Assembly: GCA_964622945.1 (NCBI GenBank)
Contig: CAZURM010000001.1
Location: forward strand, 71,062 to 135,061
Origin: an uncultured Proteiniphilum sp.
Lineage (GTDB): Bacteria > Bacteroidota > Bacteroidia > Bacteroidales > Dysgonomonadaceae
Length of the DNA: 64,000 nucleotides
Direction: 5' to 3'
The position numbers and the translations under genes were made by a program. The notes below the pieces were generated by a model that made no database searches, was not told where the DNA came from, and saw only the letters and a program-made list of their open reading frames with translations. Below, piece after piece: positions 37,365 to 46,619 of this stretch (positions within the stretch are counted from its first letter, which is position 1; every line of letters begins with the position of its first letter).

Positions 37365-38061
37365 TAATAAAAGGAGTAACATTTTCAGTAAGTTGTCACA
37401 ACTTTTTATTCCTAAGGTGTGTGTTGTATGTGGTAGTGAACTGCTCGATAAAGAAATGGGCGTCTGTTTAAGTTGTTTATATAAGTTGCCCAAAACAAAT
37501 AATTATAAGTTTAAAGATAATACAGTGGAAACATTGATGGCAGGAAGGATTCCATTCGATAGAATAGCCAGTTATTGTGTTTACACATATGGAGGTGTTC
37601 TACCTCCGTTAATACATAATTTAAAGTATCATAATAAAAAAGAAATAGGAGTGCTGTTAGGACGTATGTTTGGAGAAGATCTTATAGGTAGTGATTTTAT
37701 AAGACCTGTAGATATGATTGTACCGGTACCACTGCATCCCAAAAAGAGAAAAGATCGAGGTTATAATCAAGCCGAAATAATTGCGCAAGGAATATCAGAT
37801 ATTACATTAATACCTATGTTGACAAACAGTCTTGTGAGGGTTATTCACAATCCAACTCAAACTAAAAGAACTAAAACAGAACGATGGGAAAATGTGAAAA
37901 ATATTTTTGATGTTAAAGATATTCAAGTATTTGAGCAAAAACATATCCTACTAGTTGATGATGTAATTACAACAGGATCAACAATTGAAGCCTGTGGTAT
38001 AGCTTTACAGAAATGTAGGAACCTGAAGATAAGTATCGCAACAATTGGAGAAGTTTTTTAA
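37354..38061 (+). CDS. comF: ComF-family phosphoribosyltransferase-domain protein
   Basis: N-terminal CxxC...CxxC zinc finger and PRTase motif LLVDDVITTGSTI. Confidence 0.85.
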   Translation: MNINNKRSNIFSKLSQLFIPKVCVVCGSELLDKEMGVCLSCLYKLPKTNNYKFKDNTVETLMAGRIPFDRIASYCVYTYGGVLPPLIHNLKYHNKKEIGVLLGRMFGEDLIGSDFIRPVDMIVPVPLHPKKRKDRGYNQAEIIAQGISDITLIPMLTNSLVRVIHNPTQTKRTKTERWENVKNIFDVKDIQVFEQKHILLVDDVITTGSTIEACGIALQKCRNLKISIATIGEVF

Positions 38062-38103
38062 ATCAATTTGTCAGCAATTGAAGCAAAATTCATTTATAAG
38101 CAC

Positions 38104-38111
38104 TATTTTTG
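38104..38111 (+). promoter_or_regulatory. Candidate -7 promoter box (TATTTTTG) for pyrE
   Basis: Contains the ORF-track TTG start (38109). The ATG at 38142 lies 30 nt downstream. Confidence 0.45.
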
Positions 38112-38141
38112 CAGTTAAACCATGTTGAAGCTAATGAAAAA

Positions 38142-38795
38142 ATGAAAACAGTACGAAAAATAACAGCTGAGAAGCTACTCAAAGTTAAGGCGATTAAATT
38201 ACAGCCTTCTAACCCTTTTACATGGGCATCAGGCTGGAAATCACCTATTTATTGTGATAATCGTAAGTTGATGTCATATCCACTTATTCGCAATTTTTTA
38301 AAAGTTGAATTTGCTAGAATTATTCTTGAAAAATATCCACAAACCGATGCTATAGCAGGTGTTGCTACAGGTGCTATAGCACCTGGAGCATTAGTTGCCG
38401 ATCTTTTAGGTCTTCCATTTGTATACATACGTTCTTCTCCCAAAGATCATGGGCTAGAGAATTTGATAGAGGGCGATCTTAAACCAAAACAAAAAGTAGT
38501 TGTCATTGAGGATTTGGTATCAACAGGTGGCAGTAGTCTTAAAGCTGTTGAAGCCTTAAGACGTAATGGTTCCCATGTATTAGGAATGCTTGCAATATTT
38601 ACATATGGTTTTCCACACTCAGTTGATAATATGCATGAAGCAAGAGTAGAGCTTACTACTCTTTGTGATTATGATGCAATCTTAGACGAAGCATTAGCAA
38701 CCGATTATATTGATGAATCAGAACTTAAAACACTGCAGGATTGGCGTAAAGATCCTGAAAATTGGGGGAAGTCTGCTAAAACTATAAAATTATGA
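38142..38795 (+). CDS. pyrE: Orotate phosphoribosyltransferase
   Basis: PRPP-binding motif VVVIEDLVSTGGSS. Start re-set to the ATG. Confidence 0.92.
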   Translation: MKTVRKITAEKLLKVKAIKLQPSNPFTWASGWKSPIYCDNRKLMSYPLIRNFLKVEFARIILEKYPQTDAIAGVATGAIAPGALVADLLGLPFVYIRSSPKDHGLENLIEGDLKPKQKVVVIEDLVSTGGSSLKAVEALRRNGSHVLGMLAIFTYGFPHSVDNMHEARVELTTLCDYDAILDEALATDYIDESELKTLQDWRKDPENWGKSAKTIKL

Positions 38796-39211
38796 CAGAG
38801 TTTGTCAGTGAAATAAAAGTTATTCCTCATTCTGACTCAGATATATTCAGAGTGCTTTCAGATCTTCGTAATCTGGAATTGATTAAAGGAATGATTCCTG
38901 AGGATAAAATCAAAAATTTTAATTTTGATAAAGATACTGTTTCATTTACGGTAGAGTCTATTGGTAGAGTAACATTTGTTGTGACCGAACGTGAGCTTGA
39001 CAAGTTGGTTAAGTTTAAATCGAAAGAACTACCATTTGAAATCTTTATGGAATTCCGTATTCAATCTTTAGCAAAAAATGATACTGAGTTTTTAATGCAT
39101 GTACAATCAAACCTTAATCCCTTCATGAGAGGACTGGTTGAAAAACCTATAAAAGAAGTAATTGAGCGAATATCGGAAGCCTTAGCTAATCTGCCTTACA
39201 GTAGTATTTAA
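38792..39211 (+). CDS. SRPBCC (START/Bet v1-like) family protein
   Basis: 139 aa. Overlaps the pyrE stop codon. Fold assignment comes from general sequence resemblance only. Confidence 0.45.
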   Translation: MTEFVSEIKVIPHSDSDIFRVLSDLRNLELIKGMIPEDKIKNFNFDKDTVSFTVESIGRVTFVVTERELDKLVKFKSKELPFEIFMEFRIQSLAKNDTEFLMHVQSNLNPFMRGLVEKPIKEVIERISEALANLPYSSI

Positions 39212-39324
39212 TTATAATCTATTGAATCCTATTTAATCTTTATTTATTTTCTTCAATTGTTCAAAGGTTCTCAGCTATCACTATTTTAATGCTATGCAAG
39301 TGTTGTGATGCAGTAATAATGTAT

Positions 39325-39371
39325 GAAAAAAGACAACCGAATGATCTCTTCACAGGGGTCATCCGGTTTTT
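39325..39371. terminator. Bidirectional intrinsic terminator between the SRPBCC gene (+) and the NigD-like gene (-)
   Basis: AACCGAATGA(T)C pairs with GTCATCCGGTT, about 11 bp with one mismatch and one bulge. The stem is flanked by an A-run (39326-39331) and a T-run (39367-39371). Confidence 0.6.
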
Positions 39372-39428
39372 GGAAAATCAAAAAAGTCATATAAGAAATA
39401 GAACTAATTTAGTAGTGGTTTTTACTTA

Positions 39429-40193
39429 TTAATAGTATTCATTTGATGTTGTAACAGGTATAGGTATCTCAGTGCTAGCTTTAGTCACATGTTGATTATA
39501 TCTGTAAACTACATCATATATTGATTCTTTTGTATTGCTATTTGTTTTATCTGTCCATTCTTTTACTTTAATTGAAATCTTTACAGAGTCGGCCTCCAGT
39601 ACGCGTAAAGGTTTTAAATCAAAGCATACAAAACCTTCATATAATTTATCCGACTGACTGTTAAAAGAGTTATGTCTGAAAGACAGTTCAACTTTATCTT
39701 GGTCAAACTCAGGTGTTATAACATTTTCAACTAAGTTAATTAGGTGGGGCTGTTCATCTCCATAGTTAAACATAAACGAAACATTAAGGTAGTCGCCACC
39801 AACCCATATTGAGTTTGTCTTTATCGGGTCGTTACCAATCATATTTTCGTTTTGGGAATTTAGTTTAACCACTTGTTTTGTAAGCATTTCCCATATATCA
39901 TTAATCTTTACATAATGATCAAACCCATCTTTCTGCTCAGAAAGTATTGTGTAATTAATAAGTACTCGTTGGTTGTCTGATGGAGTGAAGTTGACTCTTG
40001 TAGCAGTTGGCCAAAGTCTCTTTCCATTATCAAGCTGTAGTGAATAAATATTGTCACCTTCAGGAATGATAGTAGCAATATCGATACCAAAATTGCTCAA
40101 AGATTTGGAATTATCATCACATCCAATTGTAATAAAGAGGATTCCAAATAATGCTAAACCAAACATGAAGAGCTTATTTTGCATTCTATTCAC
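39429..40193 (-). CDS. NigD-like lipoprotein
   Basis: Lipobox ITIGCDD. The two-domain size (254 aa) and N-terminal region (GKRLWPT...NQRVLINYT) resemble the Bacteroidales NigD-like family. Recognition is from memory only. Confidence 0.42.
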   Translation of the reverse strand: MNRMQNKLFMFGLALFGILFITIGCDDNSKSLSNFGIDIATIIPEGDNIYSLQLDNGKRLWPTATRVNFTPSDNQRVLINYTILSEQKDGFDHYVKINDIWEMLTKQVVKLNSQNENMIGNDPIKTNSIWVGGDYLNVSFMFNYGDEQPHLINLVENVITPEFDQDKVELSFRHNSFNSQSDKLYEGFVCFDLKPLRVLEADSVKISIKVKEWTDKTNSNTKESIYDVVYRYNQHVTKASTEIPIPVTTSNEYY

Positions 40194-40336
40194 AGTTTTA
40201 AACTTTTGTGATTTTACACTATACTACATAGTAGATGAGTAAAGTCTAAAAACGTTGCATGAATATTGAAATAAAATGAGTATTTAACAATACTTAACTG
40301 TTATCTCTTGTAAGCTATTATCTGAGCCATCAAGTG

Positions 40337-42175
40337 TCACCTATCTTTAGGATAAAGTATATTGATGATATCAGCTCTTTTAATTTTTTTCAAATCATTA
40401 ATTATTGTTCTCTTCTTTTTAGGATCATACCAGAAGAAGAACCGTCGTTGAGCTAATTTTTCATCTTTTGTTTTTGCGGTATAAACTGGTTGAAGAGTAT
40501 AAGGGTGATAACCAGTGTAATAGATTTCAGTAGCAAGAGTCATAGGAGATGGAGTAAAATCTTGGATCTGTTCCAGTTTGAAATCCAAGTTTTTAGTAAC
40601 GGCCGCCAACTCAGCCATATCCTCTTCAGTGCAACCGGGATGTGATGATATAAAATAGGGCAACAATTGCTGTTTAAGCTGATACTTAGTGTTTAGTTCA
40701 TCAAATATTTTTTTAAACCTAAAGAAAAAATTAAATGATGGTTTGCGCATAATTTTGAGAGTGGAGTCGGATGTATGTTCAGGTGCAACTTTAAGTCTTC
40801 CGGAAACGTGATTTCTAATCAATTTCTCTATATATTTCTTGTTAGCAGCATTGGTCTGTTTTTCTTCTGATTCATGTAGCAACATATCATATCGTATCCC
40901 GCTTCCAATGAAAGATTTTTTTATTTCGGGCATAGAATCTACAGAGTCATAAATGTCAATAAGAGCAGTGTGGTCAGTGTTCAGATTAAAGCATACTTTA
41001 GGGAAAATACAGGAAGGTCTTTTACATTCTCTGCATATATTTAAGTCTTTCCCCTGCATTTTATACATATTTGCTGAAGGTCCTCCCAGATCCGTTATGT
41101 ACCCCTTGAAGTCAGGCATCTCTGTTATTTTTATCACCTCATTTAAAATAGACCCTTTAGTCCTGGAAGCGATAAACTTGCCTTGATGAGCTGAGATAGT
41201 ACAGAATGCACATCCTCCAAAACATCCCCTATGAAGATTTACTGAAAACTTGATCATTTCATATGCCGAGATGTGTTTCCCTTTATATTTAGGATGTGGT
41301 AGACGGGTGTATGGCAAATCAAAAGAAGCATCAATCTCTTCATCTTCCATGGGAGGATATGGTGGATTGACAACAAGTGTTTTGTCGTCTACTGACTGTA
41401 ATATTCTTGAAGCTGACATCCTGTTTGACTGCTCCTCAACTACCTTGAAGTTTTTTGCCTGTTTAAGTTTATCCTTCTGGCACTCCTCATGTGAAAAGAG
41501 AGTAACTTCCTCTTTAAACGAGTTTTTAGGTATATTCTTTGCTGAAGTTAGAAAGGCTGTTTGTGGGATATCATTCATTTCTCTAACTTCTATTCCTGCT
41601 TGAATATTACTAATAAGTTGTTTTAATGGTAACTCACCCATACCGTAAATCAGAAAATCTGCACCGCTATCACATAGTATCGTTTTGTGTAGAGAATCAT
41701 TCCAGTAGTCGTAGTGTGTTACACGTCTTAGAGATGCTTCAATACCTCCCAATACAATAGGCACATCAGGGTATAGATCTTTCAAAATTTTTGAATATAC
41801 AGTCACAGCTCTGTCAGGTCGCATATCAGATCTTCCATCGGGAGTATATGCGTCATTTGAACGTAACCTTTTATTTGCAGTATAATGATTTATCATTGAA
41901 TCCATTACACCTGCGGTCACAGCAAAGAAATACTTAGGTTTTCCAAATTTCTTGAAATCTCGCAGATCATCTCTCCAGTTGGGTTGAGGAACAATAGCCA
42001 CTCGCAGCCCTTCACTCTCCATCAATCGTCCAATAACTGCAGTACCAAAAGAAGGATGATCAATATACGCATCACCGGAAAACAGAACTACATCTACCTC
42101 ATTCCAACCGCGAAGAGCCATCTCTTTAACAGTGGTTGGGAGCCAGTCAGTAACCCTATACCGGTTGCCTTTCAT
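40337..42175 (-). CDS. ygiQ: YgiQ-family radical SAM protein (UPF0313)
   Basis: CX3CX2C cluster motif (CFGGCAFC), the N-terminal YgiQ domain and a C-terminal extension. 612 aa. Confidence 0.88.
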   Translation of the reverse strand: MKGNRYRVTDWLPTTVKEMALRGWNEVDVVLFSGDAYIDHPSFGTAVIGRLMESEGLRVAIVPQPNWRDDLRDFKKFGKPKYFFAVTAGVMDSMINHYTANKRLRSNDAYTPDGRSDMRPDRAVTVYSKILKDLYPDVPIVLGGIEASLRRVTHYDYWNDSLHKTILCDSGADFLIYGMGELPLKQLISNIQAGIEVREMNDIPQTAFLTSAKNIPKNSFKEEVTLFSHEECQKDKLKQAKNFKVVEEQSNRMSASRILQSVDDKTLVVNPPYPPMEDEEIDASFDLPYTRLPHPKYKGKHISAYEMIKFSVNLHRGCFGGCAFCTISAHQGKFIASRTKGSILNEVIKITEMPDFKGYITDLGGPSANMYKMQGKDLNICRECKRPSCIFPKVCFNLNTDHTALIDIYDSVDSMPEIKKSFIGSGIRYDMLLHESEEKQTNAANKKYIEKLIRNHVSGRLKVAPEHTSDSTLKIMRKPSFNFFFRFKKIFDELNTKYQLKQQLLPYFISSHPGCTEEDMAELAAVTKNLDFKLEQIQDFTPSPMTLATEIYYTGYHPYTLQPVYTAKTKDEKLAQRRFFFWYDPKKKRTIINDLKKIKRADIINILYPKDR

Positions 42176-42186
42176 ACGGTATTGTT

Positions 42187-43899
42187 TTAATGTTTTTTCT
42201 GTTTCAGCTTAGCATCTAATTCAATAGCTCTCTTTACAGCCAAATGGATGTCTGAACAGATATTTTCTTCACCAATTATTTCAGGAATCTTAGACTTGTT
42301 AATTTTCTCCATTACACTTTGATTTACTCCTGAAAGAATAATCTGTATTTTTTCCTTATGAGAATTTCTACACAACATTTCAAGGTTGTTTAGTCCTGTT
42401 GAATCTATAAACGGAACTTTTCTCATACGAATAATTCTAATTTCATGGTATTCACCTGAAAGGCGCATTTTCTCGTCAAACTTATTTGCAACACCAAAGA
42501 AAAAAGGTCCTCTAATCTCATACACTTCAACACTCTTTGGCAAATGCATAACCTCTTCTTCTCCATGTTGAACAAGAGATTCACTATCAACATCTAAATC
42601 TATTTTGCCAGTAGTATGAGATACTTGAGTATATTCATTCATACGTTTGAGAAATGAAAAAACTGCAAGAAGTAATCCAACTGCAATGGCAATCGTGAGG
42701 TCGAACACAACTGTAAGTAAAAAAGTAGTGAAAAGTACTGTGCGTGTCGAGCCTGACTGTTTCGCAAGAGAGACAAACGTACGCCACTCACTCATGTTGT
42801 AGGAAACTACCACTAAAATTCCTGCTAAACATGCCATAGGGATGTGTCTTGTAAGATCACCCAAGAAGAGAACTATTAGCAAAAGTACAAGTGAGTGTAT
42901 AATACCTGAGACAGGTGTTTTTCCTCCATTGTTGATGTTAGTCATTGTACGTGCTATTGCACCAGTAGCTGGTATCCCTCCAAAAAATGGAGTTATTATA
43001 TTTGCTGCCCCTTGAGCTACAAGTTCCATATTGGAATTGTGTTTTTCTCCTGTAACACCATCAGCAACAGTTGCAGATAACAACGACTCAATAGCACAAA
43101 GCATGGCAATAGTGAAGGCAGAGGGGAACAAAAGTCTAATGCTTTCAAGATTAATTGGAATCTCTTTTATTTCTGGAAGCTCATTTTGAATAATAAATCT
43201 GTCACCGATTGTTTCTAGTCCTGCTATGTTGGCATTATTTCTCATAAAATAGACCACCACAGTTATTACTATCAAAGCTATCAGAGAGCCTGGTATTTTC
43301 TTTGAAATTTTTGGTGTAAACACTATTATTGCCACACTAACCGCAGCTATAATCACTACCCACCAATTTACCGAATCAAAATACTGAAAATAAATAACCC
43401 ATTTCTCTATAAAGCCTGACGGCAGCCTAGGTGTTGTTAGTCCGAAAAAATCTTTAATTTGTGTGGAAAAAATTGTCAGAGCAATACCACTTGTAAATCC
43501 TACAACAATAGGGTAGGGTACAAATTTAATTATTGATCCTAGTTTTAGAAACCCCATCATCATAAGCATGACTCCTGCAAGAACCGTTGCTATAGCCAGT
43601 CCTTGAACACCATGTTGTTCAACTATTCCGTAAACTATTACAATAAATGCACCTGTTGGCCCTCCCACCTGGACAGTGCTTCCACCCAGAAAAGAAATTA
43701 AAAAACCTGCAATAATAGCAGTATATATACCTTTTTCAGGTGTTACTCCCGAAGCTATACCAAACGCGATAGCTAATGGTAAAGCCACAACACCAACGAT
43801 CAATCCAGCCATGAGATCGGCCATGAATTTCTCTTTGTTGTAACTTTTTAATGTTTGAAATAATGAGGGTTGGAAATCCTTAAGGGAATTTATTCGCAT
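42187..43899 (-). CDS. SulP-family inorganic anion transporter with C-terminal STAS domain
   Basis: 570 aa. A multi-TM core with the typical N-terminus (DLMAGLIVGVVALPLAIAFGIASG) and a STAS tail. Confidence 0.92.
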   Translation of the reverse strand: MRINSLKDFQPSLFQTLKSYNKEKFMADLMAGLIVGVVALPLAIAFGIASGVTPEKGIYTAIIAGFLISFLGGSTVQVGGPTGAFIVIVYGIVEQHGVQGLAIATVLAGVMLMMMGFLKLGSIIKFVPYPIVVGFTSGIALTIFSTQIKDFFGLTTPRLPSGFIEKWVIYFQYFDSVNWWVVIIAAVSVAIIVFTPKISKKIPGSLIALIVITVVVYFMRNNANIAGLETIGDRFIIQNELPEIKEIPINLESIRLLFPSAFTIAMLCAIESLLSATVADGVTGEKHNSNMELVAQGAANIITPFFGGIPATGAIARTMTNINNGGKTPVSGIIHSLVLLLIVLFLGDLTRHIPMACLAGILVVVSYNMSEWRTFVSLAKQSGSTRTVLFTTFLLTVVFDLTIAIAVGLLLAVFSFLKRMNEYTQVSHTTGKIDLDVDSESLVQHGEEEVMHLPKSVEVYEIRGPFFFGVANKFDEKMRLSGEYHEIRIIRMRKVPFIDSTGLNNLEMLCRNSHKEKIQIILSGVNQSVMEKINKSKIPEIIGEENICSDIHLAVKRAIELDAKLKQKKH

Positions 43900-43928
43900 A
43901 AATTTAATCGTGAAACTGTAATGTTTTG

Positions 43929-43936
43929 CAAAGATA
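43929..43936 (-). promoter_or_regulatory. Candidate -7 promoter box (TATCTTTG on minus strand) for sulP-ygiQ
   Basis: The + strand reads CAAAGATA. The box lies 29 nt upstream of ATG 43899. Confidence 0.5.
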
Positions 43937-43947
43937 GCAAAAAAAAA

Positions 43948-44562
43948 TTAAACAGCACCCTGTTCCACGAGAACGCACACACGTTCAGTCATTCTGTCTT
44001 CTCCATAAGGATTGTAGCGAACTTTCAAGTTGTTCCCGAATAAACCGGCAAACACATTATAAGTCCATGCTTTGAAGCTTCCCATAAATGCATCAATAAT
44101 GTTATATGATGAGGAGTTAGTTTCCCTATCAACAAGCTTCATAAGCAGTTGACCTTGTGATTTAGTGAATTTTCTCATATGAGGAGTGTACTCATCCTTC
44201 AGATATTTTTCCATCTTATTAAGGTGCTCTTGTCTTGCTTTATCATTAGGCAGAGTCTCCATATATTCATATGTTTCGGTGATGATGCCTGCAATTTGCT
44301 TAGCATATGGGAGAGCCTTTTTTACATCTCTCACAAGTCTTGAATAGGCTACTTGTTCTTTTGTACTTTGGAATGTTAAAGGCGAGTACTTTATGAAATC
44401 ACCCAACCACATGCATGCTATTGTGTCACCTTCCATCACAATAGCGGGATATACGTTTGGCATCAAATATATAGTATTTGTTGCATAATGATCCTGTGCT
44501 TTTACTATGTAAGGTAAAAGCGTAGTAATCAGAGTTAGCAATGCAAAGCAATGTCCTTTCAT
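43948..44562 (-). CDS. DUF4294 domain-containing secreted protein
   Basis: Signal peptide ending VKAQ. Family recognition is by eye. The ORF-track start (44598) is the TTG of a TAGTTTTG promoter box, so the start is re-set to ATG 44562. Confidence 0.58.
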   Translation of the reverse strand: MKGHCFALLTLITTLLPYIVKAQDHYATNTIYLMPNVYPAIVMEGDTIACMWLGDFIKYSPLTFQSTKEQVAYSRLVRDVKKALPYAKQIAGIITETYEYMETLPNDKARQEHLNKMEKYLKDEYTPHMRKFTKSQGQLLMKLVDRETNSSSYNIIDAFMGSFKAWTYNVFAGLFGNNLKVRYNPYGEDRMTERVCVLVEQGAV

Positions 44563-44595
44563 AACGCTACAAAGATAATTAGTCGTTTTAATTCT

Positions 44596-44603
44596 CAAAA
44601 CTA
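44596..44603 (-). promoter_or_regulatory. Candidate -7 promoter box (TAGTTTTG on minus strand) for the DUF4294 gene
   Basis: The + strand reads CAAAACTA. A second match, TATCTTTG, lies at 44570-44577, only 7 nt from the ATG. Confidence 0.4.
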
Positions 44604-44736
44604 ATTCTCGTTAAGTGTAGTTAATTAAACGTCGTGTTTTAAGAATGTTAAGCTAAACTTTCAGAAAACAAAATTTTAATTATAGCAATTTTTAATAAAT
44701 AAATATGTTTATATTTAAAATTACGATAAATAAATG

Positions 44737-44744
44737 TACTTTTG
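44737..44744 (+). promoter_or_regulatory. Candidate -7 promoter box (TACTTTTG) for the acyl-CoA ligase gene
   Basis: Lies downstream of the ORF-track start (44705) and 20 nt upstream of ATG 44765. Confidence 0.5.
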
Positions 44745-44764
44745 AAAGAAAAAACTGGAACACT

Positions 44765-46570
44765 ATGACATATTTTCATCTGGGAGAGCTAATTCATAAA
44801 CAGGCTCAAAAATATAAGAATAGAACTGCTTTAAAATATCAGAATAACAAAGGTGCATGGGTGGATATGTCATGGTCCATGTTTGCCGATAAAATCATGA
44901 AAACTGCTCAGGCATTGGCAGATATAGGATTACAGCCAGATAGTAAAGTGGGAGTATACTCACAGAATATGGAAAAATATCTGATAACTGATTTTGCTGC
45001 ATTTGCCAATAAAGCAGTTATGGTACCCATGTATGCTACCTCCTCACCTAGTCAAGTAAAGTATATAGTTGATGATGCTCAAATCAGTTTGATTTTTGTT
45101 GGTGAACAGTTTCAATACAATAATGCTTATAAGGTACAACAGGAAAGTAAATTCCTGCAAAAGCTTATTATTTTCGATAATAGTGTTATACGTCAGCCTG
45201 ATGATAAGACATCTGTCTATTTCGATGAATTTGTACCCACAGGAGATAATTCAGAGTCACTTGCTCTTGTTCAAGCTCGTATGAAGCAGCTAAAAGAGAG
45301 CGATCTTGCAACAATTATCTATACTTCAGGAACAACCGGAGAGCCGAAAGGAGTGATGTTGTCTCATGCCAACTATCTGAAAGCATTTAAAATCCATGAT
45401 ATAAGAATTACTAATATTTCAGATAAGGACCTCTCAATGTGTTTTCTACCGTTGACGCATATTTTTGAAAAAGCGTGGACATTCTATTGTCTTTATAAAG
45501 GTATTACTGTGGCTATTAATAGAGAACCCTCTGAAATTAGGGAAACTATTAAGCAGATAAGGCCAACTTTGATGAGTAATGTGCCAAGATTTTGGGAGAA
45601 GGTTTATGATGGAGTTAAAGAAACAATAGACTCCTCATCGGGTATAATCAAATGGCTATTTACAGATGCTGTTAATACAGGACGACGTCACAATCTAGAA
45701 TTTATAAATGAAGGTTTGAAGCCTCCTTTTGGTCTCAGCATCAAATTTTTCATCTATAAATATACAGTGTTCAATCTGATAAAACGATTAGTTGGAATTG
45801 ATCGTGGTAATTTTTTTCCTGTTGCCGGTGCACAGTTGTCTGATAATATAAATGAGTTTCTTCAATCAATTGATGTACACATTATTTATGGATACGGACT
45901 GACAGAAACAACAGCTACCGTTAGTTGTTTCACAACCACTGGCTATAAAATTGGTACTGTAGGTAAGATTATGCCTGACACAGAGGTAAGAATTGGCGAA
46001 AACAATGAGATATTAGTTAAAGGTGGAACAGTTATGAGTGGCTACTACAATAAACCCGAAGCAACTAAAGAGGCTTTCACTGATGATGGTTTTTTAAGAA
46101 CAGGAGATGCTGGTTCACTTACTGCGGAAGGTGAGATAATCTTAACTGAAAGAATTAAAGACCTTTACAAGACATCAAATGGTAAGTATATTGCACCTCA
46201 AATGATTGAGACACGTATAACCGAAGATAAGTATATAGATCAAATTGCAGTTATTGGCGATAAGCGAAAGTTTGTAAGTGCTTTGATTGTGCCTAATTAT
46301 AAAGCACTCGAAGCGTATGCTGCTACTCAAGGTATGGTATTTAAATCAACAGAAGAGTTGGTGGGTAATAATGTTATTTATGACTTTTTATCAGGGCGAA
46401 TAGAGTTGCTGCAAGCTCAATTTACCAACTATGAAAAGATAAAAAAATTCACTCTCTTGTCTCAACCTTTCTCTATTGAAACAGGCGAACTTACTAATAC
46501 TCTCAAACTACGTAGAAAAGTTATTCTAGAGCGCTTTGCGAATATTATTGATCAAATGTACGTGGATTAG
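44765..46570 (+). CDS. Long-chain fatty acid-CoA ligase (AMP-forming)
   Basis: AMP-binding motif IIYTSGTTGEPKGV and the later GYGLTET and TGD motifs. Confidence 0.88.
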   Translation: MTYFHLGELIHKQAQKYKNRTALKYQNNKGAWVDMSWSMFADKIMKTAQALADIGLQPDSKVGVYSQNMEKYLITDFAAFANKAVMVPMYATSSPSQVKYIVDDAQISLIFVGEQFQYNNAYKVQQESKFLQKLIIFDNSVIRQPDDKTSVYFDEFVPTGDNSESLALVQARMKQLKESDLATIIYTSGTTGEPKGVMLSHANYLKAFKIHDIRITNISDKDLSMCFLPLTHIFEKAWTFYCLYKGITVAINREPSEIRETIKQIRPTLMSNVPRFWEKVYDGVKETIDSSSGIIKWLFTDAVNTGRRHNLEFINEGLKPPFGLSIKFFIYKYTVFNLIKRLVGIDRGNFFPVAGAQLSDNINEFLQSIDVHIIYGYGLTETTATVSCFTTTGYKIGTVGKIMPDTEVRIGENNEILVKGGTVMSGYYNKPEATKEAFTDDGFLRTGDAGSLTAEGEIILTERIKDLYKTSNGKYIAPQMIETRITEDKYIDQIAVIGDKRKFVSALIVPNYKALEAYAATQGMVFKSTEELVGNNVIYDFLSGRIELLQAQFTNYEKIKKFTLLSQPFSIETGELTNTLKLRRKVILERFANIIDQMYVD

Positions 46571-46585
46571 AAGCAAATAAATCAT

Positions 46586-46593
46586 TATCTTTG
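46586..46593 (+). promoter_or_regulatory. Candidate -7 promoter box (TATCTTTG) for leuS-yitT
   Basis: Lies 26 nt upstream of ATG 46620. Confidence 0.55.
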
Positions 46594-46619
46594 CACCGTT
46601 TTTTAAATTAAGTAATGGG

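Noticed and set aside
46571-46619. T-box or other leader upstream of leuS
   Set aside because: The gap is only 49 nt and is occupied by a promoter box. T-box leaders are about 200 nt or more and are not typical of Bacteroidota.
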